This document shows, piece after piece, positions 45,425 through 46,394 of a stretch of 46,394 nt of DNA. A program made the position numbers and the translations under genes. Source of the stretch: an uncultured Erysipelotrichaceae bacterium (GTDB lineage: Bacteria > Bacillota_I > Bacilli_A > RF39 > UBA660); contig CACYRE010000001.1 of assembly GCA_902776735.1 (NCBI GenBank), forward strand, positions 1 through 46,394, written 5' to 3'. The notes below the pieces were generated by a model that was given only the letters and a program-made list of their open reading frames with translations, made no database searches and had not been told where the DNA came from. Within the stretch, counting starts at the first letter, position 1. Each line of letters opens with the position of its first letter.

Positions 45425-46394
45425 TTATCTAATATTTTCTCTTATTACTACATTCGTAGTAATTACTTGAGAAACAATAGAAAACGCATTTATTATTACT
45501 TCTCTTACTACCATGGCTGAATCATATATATCGTTATTAATTTTAGTATTATTGTTAATTCTATCGTAAATAGTATTCATTGATTTAATTATAAAATCAG
45601 GTATTTCTATATCTTTATTTACTTCTTGAATTAAGTCTTTATAAGATTGACCTGCTCCTGGAACAATACCATATTCTATAGCATTTCCTAAAGAGTTTAT
45701 AGCATCTTCAATGCGACGATAAACCTCCTCTCTTTCTACAATATTTGTTCCTCCCACTCGCATTATAACACTCTTATCTTTTAAAAATAAATAGTTTTTT
45801 TCAATTTTTTTTGAACTTTTTAAAATGATTTTTTCAAAGTCTACAATACCATAACTTGCATTCCCAAAAATTATTTTTGAAGGTTCTGAAATCTTGCATT
45901 CATTGTTGTCGATTATATTACAACCAGTATAATCTGATAGCTCCTGCATTAGTTTATAAGTGTCTTTTCCATAACCTCCAAGACATACAGGGATAAGCTT
46001 TATAGCACCATTACTATAATTAAAAAGTAAGTTTTCTAAAATATCTGTAGAAAGCTGATTATAAAATAAAATTGTATCTTTTCCTGTTTGTTGAACTTTT
46101 CTTAAAAATTGAGTTATTTCTTGAAAACGATTTACTGGTTCATATAAACAAATTATATCTAAATCATGATATTCTTTTGTATTTACAAATAAACTACTAA
46201 CTATTTTAATTTTATTAAGAGATATACCATCTACTTTCTCTATTTCTATATTATCTATATCAGATTTTATTAAAACAGGTCTCTTTCCAGGACCTAAAAA
46301 TTTATAAACATCTGCTATAGTATCTGCATATTTAGGACTTCCTAAAGCTACTTCAGCTACTTTAGAATAATCATCTTCTGTAATCATAATTTTA
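45425..46394 (-). CDS. GroEL-like chaperonin (5'-truncated by window edge)
   Basis: KVAEVALG, EKVDG, VIMRVGGTN.VE..E...RIEDAI....AIEYGIVPGAG, IYDSAMV...NAFSIVSQVITT. The frame is open to the window end. Confidence 0.85.
   Translation of the reverse strand, partial: KIMITEDDYSKVAEVALGSPKYADTIADVYKFLGPGKRPVLIKSDIDNIEIEKVDGISLNKIKIVSSLFVNTKEYHDLDIICLYEPVNRFQEITQFLRKVQQTGKDTILFYNQLSTDILENLLFNYSNGAIKLIPVCLGGYGKDTYKLMQELSDYTGCNIIDNNECKISEPSKIIFGNASYGIVDFEKIILKSSKKIEKNYLFLKDKSVIMRVGGTNIVEREEVYRRIEDAINSLGNAIEYGIVPGAGQSYKDLIQEVNKDIEIPDFIIKSMNTIYDRINNNTKINNDIYDSAMVVREVIINAFSIVSQVITTNVVIRENIR

Noticed and set aside
1-46394. Stop-codon reassignment (TAG or TGA as sense)
   Set aside because: Coding density is high under the standard code, and TAG/TGA end genes at natural junctions. 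The broken genes need a frame change, not readthrough: two end in TAA, and reading through the RuvC TGA hits TAA two codons later.

Overview
A 46.4-kb segment of a large, very AT-rich (by eye roughly one-quarter GC) T4-like myophage, with essentially all genes on the minus strand. The host is probably a low-GC Bacillota, judged from strong AGGAGG Shine-Dalgarno sites, a sigmaA-type promoter, two SpoVG paralogs and a flotillin. Positions 1-17.5 kb hold the virion module: tail sheath (partial), neck/tail-completion proteins, major capsid, prohead protease, portal, large terminase and a tail-collar protein, plus Hef-like and HNH endonucleases and folD. Positions 17.6-22 kb hold flotillin, a DUF2829/Tad2-like anti-defence protein, a GIY-YIG endonuclease embedded in a candidate structured RNA, tRNA-Cys, tRNA-Ala and several tRNA-like or structured RNAs. 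Positions 22-46 kb hold nucleotide metabolism and replication genes: dut, thyX, a dNMP kinase, dCMP deaminase, clamp loader, clamp, primase, HU, SbcD, a split SbcC, a 5'-3' exonuclease, RecA, an initiator-like protein beside 22-bp iterons, RuvC, SSB, two sigma-like proteins and a GroES/GroEL-like pair. The main finding is that a manual scan shows only three in-frame CGG codons in the window: in the terminase, a head protein and the RuvC-like gene. Each is followed by a stop 2-7 codons later, and skipping the C (reading C-GGN as Gly) restores a longer, coherent protein, including the essential terminase. This points to a CGG-triggered +1 frameshift or four-base decoding system, unless it is a systematic sequencing artefact. 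All functional calls come from motif recognition by eye; no searches were run.
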